A stretch of DNA of 64,000 nt from an uncultured Thermoplasmata archaeon (GCA_963842165.1 CAWJFK010000005.1:326070-390069), one strand, 5' to 3'; shown: positions 1-9,490, counted from the stretch's first letter. Notes: a model not told the origin generated them from the sequence alone. Numbers and translations: made by a program.

Positions 1-395
1 CCTCGGGTCTCGGGCAGTACGGGGCGTACGCGCTCGGCGCCGGTCTCGTGGCCGCGGCGTTCCTCGCGCTCGTCGTGATCTCGCTCGGAAGTGCCTGGGG
101 AGTGACGGAGGCGTTCGGACTTTCTCCCAAGAGCACGATCTGGATCTACGTCGTGGAGAGTCTCCCCGCGGTCGTCGTGCCGCTGCTCTTCCCCCAGCTC
201 GTGACCCTCGTGCTCGCGCTCATGGTCGCGATGGTCTTCCTGCTCATCGTTCCCGGCACGTTCGTAGGCACCCTCGTGTCGGACCCCCGCGTGATGGGGC
301 CGGACGCCTCGCGCGGGTGGTGGCGTGCGGCGTTCTGGGTCAGTCTCGGGTTCGTGGTGGCGGTCGGGGTCGTGGCCGTGGTCGTCTACGCATGA
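1..395 (+). CDS. 3' part of a polytopic membrane transporter gene, Nramp/MntH-like (5' end outside window)
   Basis: The frame of ORF 48..395 stays open to the window edge. It has several hydrophobic helices and a '...SDPRVMGPDA...' segment resembling the Nramp C-terminus. Family call is from memory only. Confidence 0.5.
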   Translation, partial: SGLGQYGAYALGAGLVAAAFLALVVISLGSAWGVTEAFGLSPKSTIWIYVVESLPAVVVPLLFPQLVTLVLALMVAMVFLLIVPGTFVGTLVSDPRVMGPDASRGWWRAAFWVSLGFVVAVGVVAVVVYA

Positions 396-1072
396 GACCG
401 GCGGCCGGGGTGGCCCGTCCCGGGGACGGCTCTCGCCCGCCGCAGGAGAATCCCATAATGCCAAGGTCCGAACTCCCAACTCTCCACCGTCTCGAGGCCG
501 GCCCGCTTCAACCGCCGCGTCGCCTCGGCCGGGGAGAGCCGAATGGGGAGCGGTGGCCCTCCCGGAGTGTCCGTCTTCTTCCAGTCGACATTGACGAGGC
601 GCCCGTCGGGCTTCAGCAGCCGCACGGCCTCGGACACGGTCGCGGGCGGAACGTCGTGCAGCACGTTCGCGAGGAGCACCACGTCGGCCAGCCCGGATTC
701 CAGCGGGATCGAGTCGACGGTACTCTGGACCGGGTAGAGCTGCGGCATCGCCTCACGATCCCGCCGTTCGCGCAACAGATCGAGCATGTCGGTGGAAAGG
801 TCCACTGCGTAGACTCGGCCCTCGGGTCCGACCCTCCGGGCAGCCTCCGCTGCGAAATACCCCGTTCCCGCGCCGAGGTCAACCACCGTTTGCCCCGGGC
901 GGAGACCGACCCTGGTCCAAAGCTTCGCGGGGTCCTGGGTGGAGCGACGGTCCGGCGCCTCGAAGATCGCCAAGGCGTCCGCGCGGGTCCAGCCCCTTCC
1001 CCCGTGAGGGCCATGGTGATGGGAAGAGTGGCGCTGTAGGTCCGAACGCTCCGGAACGGTGGGCGGGCCCAT
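386..1072 (-). CDS. class I SAM-dependent methyltransferase
   Basis: 228-aa ORF with SAM-binding motif I 'VVDLGAGTGYF' and a later 'LLKPDGRLV' motif. It has a 10-nt convergent overlap with the preceding gene. Confidence 0.8.
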   Translation of the reverse strand: MGPPTVPERSDLQRHSSHHHGPHGGRGWTRADALAIFEAPDRRSTQDPAKLWTRVGLRPGQTVVDLGAGTGYFAAEAARRVGPEGRVYAVDLSTDMLDLLRERRDREAMPQLYPVQSTVDSIPLESGLADVVLLANVLHDVPPATVSEAVRLLKPDGRLVNVDWKKTDTPGGPPLPIRLSPAEATRRLKRAGLETVESWEFGPWHYGILLRRARAVPGTGHPGRRSHA

Positions 1073-1075
1073 CGG

Positions 1076-1507
1076 TCAGACCGCGACAGGTGGTGGGAGG
1101 GGAGTTTCGACCACGGCGCGGACTCGGACGGGGATATGCGCGCGCTCGTAGATGACGCCGGCTGGGCACGTCCGGAGGGTGATCCGGAGCGCCGTCTCGA
1201 CGTCCTCGACCGACGCGGACGTCGTCACCCGGAAGACCCCCTCGACCGACGTGATCGTCGGAGCACCCTCGGGCCGTTCCGCGTCCAGCTCCACCGTCAT
1301 CGCCTCGAACTTCAACCGCCGCTTCCTCGCGACGAGCGCGAAAATGGTCGTGATACAGCCGGCCAGCGATGGTACCGAGAGCTCCAGGGCCGACGTGCCG
1401 AGGTTGTCTCCGAGCTCGTCGTGCGGAAGGTCGACGGTCACGGCGTGCCCTCGCCCGTCGTCGACGATTGTCCGGAAACCTCCCTGCCACGTTCCGATCG
1501 CCTTCAT
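1076..1507 (-). CDS. OsmC/Ohr family peroxiredoxin-like protein
   Basis: 143-aa ORF with the two conserved Cys contexts ('LAGCITT', 'LRTCPAG') and a length typical of OsmC. Confidence 0.75.
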   Translation of the reverse strand: MKAIGTWQGGFRTIVDDGRGHAVTVDLPHDELGDNLGTSALELSVPSLAGCITTIFALVARKRRLKFEAMTVELDAERPEGAPTITSVEGVFRVTTSASVEDVETALRITLRTCPAGVIYERAHIPVRVRAVVETPLPPPVAV

Positions 1508-1771
1508 GAGCTGCGCTCAGCCTACGGTCGTCGACGCGGGTTATCCCTGTCGTCAACGGGGGTTGACCGCGAGGGTCCCACCGGCCTTCCGCCGACCCGA
1601 CCGGCCGGTGGGAACCCGGGCCGGCGTGCTACGACGTCTCATCGCCCGGGCGTGAGCCACTGACGGTGAATTCGAATTGACTGAGTCTATTAGCGTTCGA
1701 CCTCGGATGCTTCCAACATCCTGCAAGTGAGCAACTGCAGGAGGATGGAAAGCAACCAAGGGAGAGTGGAA

Positions 1772-2338
1772 ATGTCGAGCGCAACAGTCCACAACGACGT
1801 AGCGACCTTGCACAAGGACCTGGGGCTCGCCGCCGACGAGCCCGCCCTGGTCGAACCGGCCCCGAACGGGCTGTCGATGGTGGTCTTCTCGGGCGAGCTC
1901 GACAAGGTGCTCGCCGCGATGATCATCGCGAACGGCGCCGCCGCGATGGACATGCCCGTGAGTATTTTCTTCACGTTCTGGGGGCTCAACGTCCTCCGAA
2001 AGGGGGGGCCGGTCCACGTGGAGGGCAAGAAGACGATGGTCGAGGGGATGTTCGGCCGCATGATGCCACGCGGACCCGACCACCTCCAGATCTCGAAGAT
2101 GAAGATGGCCGGGCTCGGCACCCGAATGATCAAGCGGGAGATGGCGAAGAAGCATGTCTACCCGCTCACGAAGCTGATCGCGTCCGCGCAGGAGCAGGGC
2201 GTCCGGTTCATCGCGTGCACGATGTCGATGGACCTGATGGGGATCCACAAGGAGGAGCTCATTCCCGGCATCACGTACGGGAACGTCGGCTCGTTCATCG
2301 ACGCGGCCGACCACAGCCGGATCACCCTCTTCATCTAG
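1772..2338 (+). CDS. DsrE/DsrF-like (COG2210-type) sulfur-relay family protein
   Basis: ORF 1727..2338. Conserved core 'MVVFSGELDKVLAAMIIANGAAAMDMPVSIFFTFWGLN...GVRFIACTMSMDLMG'. The start at 1772 (GGAG-like RBS upstream) is preferred; alternative starts are at 1727 and 1745. Confidence 0.75.
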   Translation: MSSATVHNDVATLHKDLGLAADEPALVEPAPNGLSMVVFSGELDKVLAAMIIANGAAAMDMPVSIFFTFWGLNVLRKGGPVHVEGKKTMVEGMFGRMMPRGPDHLQISKMKMAGLGTRMIKREMAKKHVYPLTKLIASAQEQGVRFIACTMSMDLMGIHKEELIPGITYGNVGSFIDAADHSRITLFI

Positions 2339-2351
2339 GGAGAGGGCACCG

Positions 2352-2774
2352 ATGACCGCTCGCTCGGGGGGTTCGGCCCTCGGGCTCGACTCCGAGGGGT
2401 TCGAGCTCGAAGCCGACCTCATCCGCGTGCTGGCGAACCCGAAGCGGCTCATGATCGTGAGCCTGCTCGGGGCGGGACCGTGCACGGTCACCGAGATCGC
2501 CGACCGGCTCGACCTCTCGCTGCAGAACACGTCCCAGCATCTGCGGCTGATGCGGGACCAGAACATCGTCCGGGCCCGCCGCGACGGCCGCGAGGTGCGG
2601 TATGCCCTGACGAGCCCCGTCTTCTCGGAATGCTGCCAGCTGGTCCGTCGCGCCCTCCTCGCCGAGGCGAGGACGCGCCCGATCCATTTCGGCGGCGAGA
2701 GGGAAACCGCGGGAGGGGGTCGTCGGGGCGAGCCGTCGGGTCGGTCGCGCCCCTCGATCATCGTCCCGGCCTGA
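2352..2774 (+). CDS. ArsR/SmtB family transcriptional regulator
   Basis: wHTH signature 'LANPKRLMIVSLLGAGPCTVTEIADRLDLSLQNTSQHLRLMRDQNIVRARRDGREVRY'. Confidence 0.85.
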   Translation: MTARSGGSALGLDSEGFELEADLIRVLANPKRLMIVSLLGAGPCTVTEIADRLDLSLQNTSQHLRLMRDQNIVRARRDGREVRYALTSPVFSECCQLVRRALLAEARTRPIHFGGERETAGGGRRGEPSGRSRPSIIVPA

Positions 2775-2793
2775 ATCGCGGAGGAAGAGAACC

Positions 2794-3049
2794 ATGAACA
2801 TCGAAGAACTGAGGGCCCTCAAGGTCGACAAGGTCGTGGACGCGCGCGGCGTGGCCTGCCCCGGTCCGCTGCTGGAAGCGAAGCGCATGGTGCCGTCCGT
2901 GCCGATGCGGGGCGTGATGGAGGTGATCTCCTCGGACGAGGGGACCACGGAGGACGTCCCGCTCTGGGCCCGGAAGGTGGGGCACGAGTACCTCGGCACC
3001 GTCCCGGATGCTCGGGCTCTGGCACATCTACCTTCGACGGGGCAAGTGA
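2794..3049 (+). CDS. tusA: TusA/SirA-like sulfurtransferase (one frame change near 3012 as assembled)
   Basis: 'VDARGVACPGPLLEAKR' CPxP active-site motif. After about 3012 the typical C-terminus 'GLWHIYLRRGK*' is read in the +1 frame and ends at TGA 3047-3049. Confidence 0.75.
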
Positions 3050-3474
3050 TGCCCGAAGGGAGCGCGACCGGCCGTCGATCCCGCGTGCTGGTCTTCTCGA
3101 CGAACGCGATCTCCGACATGGGGATCGACCTCGCCGGCAGCTCCCACATGGACTACTCGCCGAACGTCCAGGTGATCGCCGTTCCCTGCTCGGGAGGGAT
3201 CAACCCCCAGTGGATCGTCCACGCGGTGCGGTCCGGGTTCGACGGGGTCTTCGTCGCGGCGGATGGGGCGGAGTGCGCCTACCTGTCCGACTGCGTCGCC
3301 CGGACCGCCCGCATCGTCGAACGATCTCAGGCCATCCTGCAGCACGAGGGCCTCGAACCCGGGCGGGTGAAGATGGCCGCGATCTGCTCGGTCTGCTCCG
3401 AGCCGTTCGTGAACCACATGAAGCAGTTCGGCAAGGCCCTCGCCGATCTCCGCCCCACCGCGGTAGAGGCCTAG
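3049..3474 (+). CDS. mvhD: MvhD-like (methyl-viologen-reducing hydrogenase delta / Hdr-associated) Fe-S protein
   Basis: ATG 3049 overlaps the reconstructed tusA stop (TGATG). 'VLVFSTNAISDMG...VIAVPCSGGINPQWIVHAVRSGFDGVFVAADGAECAY...GRVKMAAICS' matches the MvhD-family pattern. Confidence 0.7.
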   Translation: MPEGSATGRRSRVLVFSTNAISDMGIDLAGSSHMDYSPNVQVIAVPCSGGINPQWIVHAVRSGFDGVFVAADGAECAYLSDCVARTARIVERSQAILQHEGLEPGRVKMAAICSVCSEPFVNHMKQFGKALADLRPTAVEA

Positions 3475-6208
3475 ATGGCCGAGCCCGGCGCGAAGCCGCA
3501 GTACGACGCCCTCGTAGTTGGCGCCGGGGTCGGCGGCATGGAATCGGCCCTCACTCTCGGCGATATGGGGTTCAAGGTGCTCCTCGTCGAGAAGGAACCG
3601 AGCGTCGGCGGCCGGATGATCCTGCTCAGCAAGGTGTTCCCGACCCTCGACTGCGCGAGCTGCATCTCGACCCCGAAGATGGCGGCCGTCAACAACCATC
3701 CCAACGTCCGCCCGCTCGTCTACTCCGAGGTGGACGACATCACGCCTCGGCCCGAGGGCGGGTTCCTCGTCCATCTGACCCGAAAGCCGACGTTCGTCGA
3801 CTTCGCCAAATGCACCGGGTGCGCGATGTGCGAGGTGGCGTGCACCGTCGCCGTCCCGGACGAGTTCAACTACGACCTCGCGGCCCGCCACGCGGCCCAC
3901 ATCGCCTTCCCCCAGGCGGTCCCCAAGAAGGCCGTGATCACGCGCCGGGGGACCTCGCCCTGCTCGTTCACGTGTCCGGCGGGCGTGAAGCCCCACGGGT
4001 ACATCTCGCTCGTCCGAGCGGGGCAGCCCGACGCGGCGTTCCGCCAGCATCTCGAGGACGCCCCGCTCGTCGGTGTGCTCAGCCGAGCGTGCTACGCACC
4101 GTGCGAGGAGCAATGCTCCCGCTCCGAGCTCGAAGGGACCGTTCCCATCCGGGGTATCAAGCGGTTCATGGCCGACCGATACTATGCCGGCCACCCGGAG
4201 CCGGAGTACGGGCCGCCGTCCAACGCGAGCGGGAAAAAGGTCGCGATCGTCGGGTCGGGCCCCGCGGGGCTCGCGGCGTCCTTCTTCCTCGCCCGGGCCG
4301 GTCACGCGGTGACGGTCTTCGAGGCGGACACGGAGCCGGGCGGGATCATGCGCTGGGGGATCCCTTCCTATCGGCTGCCCAAGGACGTTCTCGCTCGAGA
4401 CCTGAAGAACATCTCCGCCCTCGGCGTCAAGATCGAGACCCGTCACCGGGTCGACTCCGTCTCCGCGCTCCAGCAGGCCGGGTTCGACGCCGTGTTCGTC
4501 GCGGCGGGAGATCGCGGCGGGCGCAAGCTGTCGGTCCCGGGGGAAGGATTCGCCGGGGTGGTCGACGCGATGGAGTTCCTCCATCGGATCAACGACGGGC
4601 ACCCCTCCGACCTCACCGGGAAGACCGTCGTGGTCATCGGTGGCGGCAACGTCGCCATCGACTCCGCGAGGAGCGCCCTCCGGCTCGGGGCGCGCTCGGT
4701 CAAGCTGTTCTGCCTCGAGTCCCGCGCGGAGATGCCCGCCCATCCCTGGGAGATTCAGGAGGCGGAGGACGAAGGGGTCCTCATCACCAACTCCTGGGGC
4801 GTGGGCAAGCTCCTCGGGGCCGAGGCGGCAGTCGAGGGCGTCGAGCTCATCCGGTGCACGTCGGTCTTCGACCGCGAGCACCGGTTCAACCCGACCTTCG
4901 ACCCGAACGTCTACGAGTCGGTGCCCGCCGAGGCGGTCATCACCGCGATCGGCCTCGCCCCGAACACCGCGCCGTTCGCCTCCGAACTGACGCTGAATCG
5001 CAACGGCACGATCCAGGTCGACCCGGAGACGCTCGCGACCTCCCTCGCCTGCGTCTTCGCCGGCGGAGATGCCGTCACCGGCCCCTCGATGATCGTGACC
5101 TCGATCGGTCAGGGGAAGCGGGCGGCGTTCCACATCGACCGTTTCCTCCGCGGGGAGACTTCCCCCGACGTTCGGTATGACGAGCGACTGCCGGTCGCGG
5201 ACCGTTCGGCGGTCGTGGCCCAGGCGCGGGAGGGAGCCTCGCGTCGCGAGCCCATCGCACTCGTCCGTACTCCGGTGGCCGAGCGGCTCACCTCCTTCGC
5301 CGAGTACCGAGGCCGCGCTCAGCGAAGCGGACGCCCGCGCGAGCGCCAACCGCTGCCTCGACTGCGGCGTCTGCTCGGAGTGCCGTCAGTGCGTGGCCGT
5401 CTGTCCCGCGAACGCGATCGACCTCGACATGAAGCCCCACCAGGAGACCGTGACGGTCGGCTCGGTGGCGATCGCGACCGGCTTCTCCCCCTTCGATGCG
5501 CGCCAGAAGCCCGCCTTCGGCTTCGGACGGTTCCCGAACGTGATCACCGGCGTGCAGATGGACCGCATCCTCGCGCCGACCCGTCCGTTCAACGCCGTCG
5601 TGCGCCCCTCCGACGGAAAGATGCCCACGAACGTCGCGTTCGTGCTCTGCACCGGATCGCGGGACGAGCAGGTCGGCAATCGCCTCTGCTCTCGCGTGTG
5701 CTGCATGTACTCGATGAAGCAGGCCCAGCTCCTCATGGGCGCCGTCCCGCTCGCGGACGTCACGATCTACTACATCGACATCCGAGCGTTCGGTAAGGGC
5801 TACGAGGAGTTCTTCCAGCAGACGAAGGGGATGAGCGTCTCCTTCACGAGGGGCAAGGTCGCCCGGATCGAGGAGACCGACTCGAACGACCTCATCGTCC
5901 ACTACGAGGACATCGAGGGCGACGGCGGCCCGAAGCAGGCCCGTCACGACATGGTCGTGCTGGCGGTCGGCCTCCTGCCGAACCAGGGCGCCTTCCGCCT
6001 CTTCCCGCAGGGAGCCCCCGCCAAGGACGCGTATTCCTACGTCCGCGAGACGGACGAGGAACTCGAGCCCGGCCAGACGAGCCTCCCCGGGGTCTTCGTC
6101 ATCGGCTCGGCGACCGCCGTGCGCGACATCCCGGACACGATCCTCCATTCCGAGGCCGCGTCCGCGCAGATCGCGGCCTACCTCAAGAAGGCGGAGGTGA
6201 AGGCATGA
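3475..6208 (+). CDS. hdrA: large HdrA-like flavoprotein with inserted GltD/NfnB-type NAD(P)H-binding module (one frame change near 5305)
   Basis: N-terminal FAD motif 'VVGAGVGGMESA' and 'FPTLDCASCI'. Fe-S motifs 'CTGCAMCEVAC' and 'CLDCGVCSECRQCVAVCP'. Internal 'KKVAIVGSGPAGLAA...GGIMRWGIPSYRLP...VVVIGGGNVAIDSAR...GGDAVTGPSMIVTSIGQGKRAA' typical of the glutamate synthase small subunit. The HdrA C-terminal part ('CSRVCCMYSMKQA') continues in ORF 5177..6208. Confidence 0.85.
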
Positions 6209-7929
6209 CCGCACGCCGGCTCGGAGTCGTCATCTGCCAGTGCGGCGGGAACATCTCGGACTACGTCGACACCGAGAAGGTCCGCGAGGCGGTCGGCCAG
6301 GACGGCACGGTTGTCTCGGCCCAGGTCCAGATGTTCGCCTGCTCCGACGCCGCGCAGCAGGCGATGATCCAGGAGATCCGGGAGAAGAAGCTGGACGGGG
6401 TCGTCGTCTGCTCCTGCTCGCCGAAGCTCCACCTGAACACATTCCGCGCGATGGCCCAGCGGGCCGGGCTCAACCCGTACGAGTACACCCAGGTCAACAT
6501 CCGCGAGCAGTGCTCGTGGGCGCACACCCACGACCGCCCGGCGGCGACCGAGAAGGCGCTCCGGCTCGTCCGGGCGGGCGTCGCCAAGACCGCGCTCTCC
6601 GTGCCGCTCGAGCGAATGCGTGTGGAGACCTTCCCGCAGACCCTCGTGGTGGGGGCGGGCGTGGCGGGGCTGCGGGCGGCGATCGCACTTTCCGACCTCG
6701 GCCTCTCGGTCCACCTCGTCGAAAAGGCGGAGAAGGCCGGCGGCCAGGTCGCCCGCTGGGGCACCCTGTTCCCGAACGACAAGGTCGGCGCGGAGCTGGT
6801 CGACGGGCTGCTCGGGGAGGTCCGGCGGCGCGACAACGTGACCCTCTACCTCTCGACCGAGCTCGTCGCGAAGGAGGGCCGCATCGGAGACTTTGCCGTC
6901 CAGCTCCGGACCAGGACCGGCGACACGATCTCGCTCAAAGTCGGGGCGATCGTCGTCGCGACCGGGTTCGACCCGTACACGCCGGCGACCGGGGAGTTCG
7001 GGTTCGGGCTCGAGGGCGTGGTCACGCTCCCGGAGTTCAAGGAGCTCCTCGCGAACCACGCGGGGCCGCTCGAGTACCGGGGCCGGGCGGTCCGCACCGT
7101 TGTCTACGTCTACTGCGTCGGCTCCCGGCAGGAGACGAAGGAGTCCGACCCCCACCTCTACTGCTCCCGCTACTGCTGCAGCGCCACGTCCCACATCGCG
7201 ACGGTCGCGAGCGCCCGCGACCCGACCCTCCACCAGTTCCACCTGTTCCGCGACGTGCGGACCTACGGCAAGTACGAGGCCCTCTACGAGCGCGCCCTGC
7301 GGTCGGGCTCGCTGTTCCTGCGCTACGGCGACGACGCCCCGCCCACCGTGACGCGCGACGACCGCGGGCTCGTCGTGAAGGTCAAGGACCGGCTCATGCG
7401 CGGCGAGGAGGTCGAGGTCCGTCCCGACCTCGTCGTGCTCGTCACGGGAATGGTCCCCCGGGAGAACGGCGCGCTCGCGAACGCCCTCAAGCTGCCGGTC
7501 GGCCAGGACGGGTTCTTCCACGAGATCCACGTGAAACTGCGGCCGGTCGAGACGGTCATCGACGGGGTTTTCATCGTCGGGGCTGCCCAGGGACCCAAGA
7601 ACGTCGCCGAGAGCGTCGCGAGCTCGCTGGCCGCGGTCTCGAAGACGGGCGCCCTGCTGATGAAGGGGTACGTCGACCTCGACCCGCTCGTCGCGAAGGT
7701 CGACCCGCTCCTCTGTACCTGGTGCGACGAGTGCACGAAGGCGTGCCCGTACGGCGCCGTCGAGCCGATGGGGTACGGCGACAAGCGGGTCGCCGTCATC
7801 AACGGGGTGCTCTGCAAGGGCGAAGGGGCGTGCGTTCCCGTCTGCCCGAAGCAGGCGGTCTCCGTCCAAGGCTACACCAACGATCAGATCACCGCGATGA
7901 TCGACGCGCTTGCGAAGGAGGCCGCATGA
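6205..7929 (+). CDS. hdrA: HdrA-like FAD/Fe-S oxidoreductase (second copy, intact)
   Basis: 574-aa ORF with an ATGA overlap with the upstream gene. Motifs 'VVICQCGGNI', 'LVVGAGVAGLRAA', 'CSRYCCSATSH', and a C-terminal ferredoxin pair 'CTWCDECTKACP...CKGEGACVPVCP'. Confidence 0.85.
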   Translation: MTARRLGVVICQCGGNISDYVDTEKVREAVGQDGTVVSAQVQMFACSDAAQQAMIQEIREKKLDGVVVCSCSPKLHLNTFRAMAQRAGLNPYEYTQVNIREQCSWAHTHDRPAATEKALRLVRAGVAKTALSVPLERMRVETFPQTLVVGAGVAGLRAAIALSDLGLSVHLVEKAEKAGGQVARWGTLFPNDKVGAELVDGLLGEVRRRDNVTLYLSTELVAKEGRIGDFAVQLRTRTGDTISLKVGAIVVATGFDPYTPATGEFGFGLEGVVTLPEFKELLANHAGPLEYRGRAVRTVVYVYCVGSRQETKESDPHLYCSRYCCSATSHIATVASARDPTLHQFHLFRDVRTYGKYEALYERALRSGSLFLRYGDDAPPTVTRDDRGLVVKVKDRLMRGEEVEVRPDLVVLVTGMVPRENGALANALKLPVGQDGFFHEIHVKLRPVETVIDGVFIVGAAQGPKNVAESVASSLAAVSKTGALLMKGYVDLDPLVAKVDPLLCTWCDECTKACPYGAVEPMGYGDKRVAVINGVLCKGEGACVPVCPKQAVSVQGYTNDQITAMIDALAKEAA

Positions 7930-8177
7930 TCGGAAAGGCGAGCCTGCGGAACCTCGGCGAGGTGTTGCGCGACGAGATGGTCGAGCGCGACCGCGTCGCG
8001 ACGATCCTCCGCGCGGGTCCCCAGACGATCCCCGAGCTCGCCGCGGCGCTCTCGGCCCCTCCCCACGAGGTGACGAAGTGGGTCATGGCGATGCGCCGGT
8101 ACGGACGGGTCCGCGACCTGCCCAAGGCGCGGGCGGACGACTACTACCGGTACGAGCTCGTGGAGGACCGTCGATGA
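7926..8177 (+). CDS. small winged-helix-like protein of unknown function
   Basis: 83-aa ORF (tail of track ORF 6240..8177) starting at ATG 7926. It overlaps the hdrA stop, and its own stop overlaps the hdrC start. The 'TIPELAAALSAPPHEVTKWVMAMRRYGRV' segment looks HTH-like. Confidence 0.55.
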   Translation: MIGKASLRNLGEVLRDEMVERDRVATILRAGPQTIPELAAALSAPPHEVTKWVMAMRRYGRVRDLPKARADDYYRYELVEDRR

Positions 8178-8482
8178 AGGTCGACCCCGAGTTCCTGGAC
8201 CGCCTCCACCTCAGCGGCGCGTTCGACGCGCGCCTGTGCATCAACTGCGGGACGTGCACCGCGCTCTGCCCGCTCGGCGTGGAGCTCCTTCCCCGTCGCC
8301 TCTTCCGGTACGCGCTCCTCGGCAATCGCGAGGAGGTCCTCGGGCAGACCGAGACGATCTTCAGCTGCCTGCTCTGCCGCATGTGCGAGGCCAACTGCCC
8401 CGCCGGGATCCACATCGCTGAGAACGTCCGCTCCTTACGCACCTACCTCAACCGCGAGATCCACGGCCTCTCGGAGGCCTGA
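8174..8482 (+). CDS. hdrC: HdrC-like 4Fe-4S dicluster protein
   Basis: Two ferredoxin motifs, 'CINCGTCTALCP' and 'CLLCRMCEANCP'. About 100 aa. Confidence 0.8.
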   Translation: MKVDPEFLDRLHLSGAFDARLCINCGTCTALCPLGVELLPRRLFRYALLGNREEVLGQTETIFSCLLCRMCEANCPAGIHIAENVRSLRTYLNREIHGLSEA

Positions 8483-8491
8483 GGGAGAGCG

Positions 8492-9467
8492 ATGCCGGTA
8501 CCGATCCAGAGCACGCTCGGCATCCTCGGCGACAACCTGCGCCAGCGCGGGAGCGCCCTCCCGCTCGGGCGACGGACGGCGAGCGCCTGGGCGAAGGGCC
8601 TCGACCTCCCGCACGGCGGCGCCACCGTCCTCTACACGGGTCAGATGTGGCAGATGGTCCCCGCGATCAACGCGATGAGCCGCCAGCTCGGGAAGTACGA
8701 GAACGCGCGCAGCGCCTGGCTGTTCGGGTTCGCTCGGTCGATGAACCGCCTCGTGAACCTCACCCCCCTTCTCGCCCGCACGACCGCGAAGGACCGGCGG
8801 GCGTACAACGAACGGCTGCGCAACATCGTCCGGCTCCTGCGCGCGGCCGGCGTCGATTTTGGCTACCTCTACGAGAAAGACCTCTACACCGGAGCGCTGG
8901 CCCACGACGAAGGACTGGACCGTGGGTTCGTCCGGCACGCACAATACGTCCAACGGACCCTCCGCGCGGCGGGCGTCCGGTCGCTGATCACGGTGGACCC
9001 CCACACCACCAACATGCTCCGGACCGTCTATCCGAAGGTGCTGCCCGGCTTCGACCTCGAGGTGCGCAGCTATCTCGAGGTTCTCGCGGGACGCACATTC
9101 CCGCCCCTCCAGCAACTCGGGGAGAAAGCCACGATCCATGACTCGTGCGTGTACGCCCGGAACGGAAGGCGTCCTCGAACAGCCGCGACGCCTGCTCGCC
9201 GGCGGGGGCGTGACCCTCGTGGAGCCCGAGCTCTCGGGGAAGCTCACGTTCTGTTGCGGCGGACCGCTCGAGACGCTGTTCCCGGGGAAGTCGGCCGAGA
9301 TCGCCCGCCGGAGGATGGCGCAGCTCACCGCGTGCAGCCCCAACGTGGTCACGGCGTGCCCGCTGTGCCTCGCGAACCTCAACCGGGTCGTCCCGGCGGG
9401 CGCGGAGGTCCGGGACATCTCGGACTACCTCGTGCGGGCGTACTGCCCGGCCGCGGCGACCGCCTGA
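8492..9467 (+). CDS. hdrB: HdrB-like CCG-domain protein (one frame change near 9165)
   Basis: 'IHDSCVYAR' in ORF 8492.. continues as 'EGVLEQPRRLL...LTFCCGGP...ACPLCLANL' in ORF 9138..9467. These cysteine-rich CCG motifs are typical of HdrB/GlpC. Confidence 0.8.
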
Positions 9468-9490
9468 CCTCGTCGCCGCTCGGCCCGGCG

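Noticed and set aside
3028-5349. Very long ORFs antisense to clearly conserved genes. Examples are 3028..5349 (-) 773 aa, 6178..7869 (-) 563 aa, 20508..22595 (-) 695 aa, 1553..2761 (-) 402 aa, 26415..28220 (+) 601 aa and 33736..35154 (-) 472 aa.
   Set aside because: They are Arg/Gly/Asp/Pro-rich low-complexity translations with no recognisable motifs, mirroring genes that do carry strong family signatures on the other strand. Long shadow ORFs are expected in GC-rich DNA because stop codons are AT-rich.
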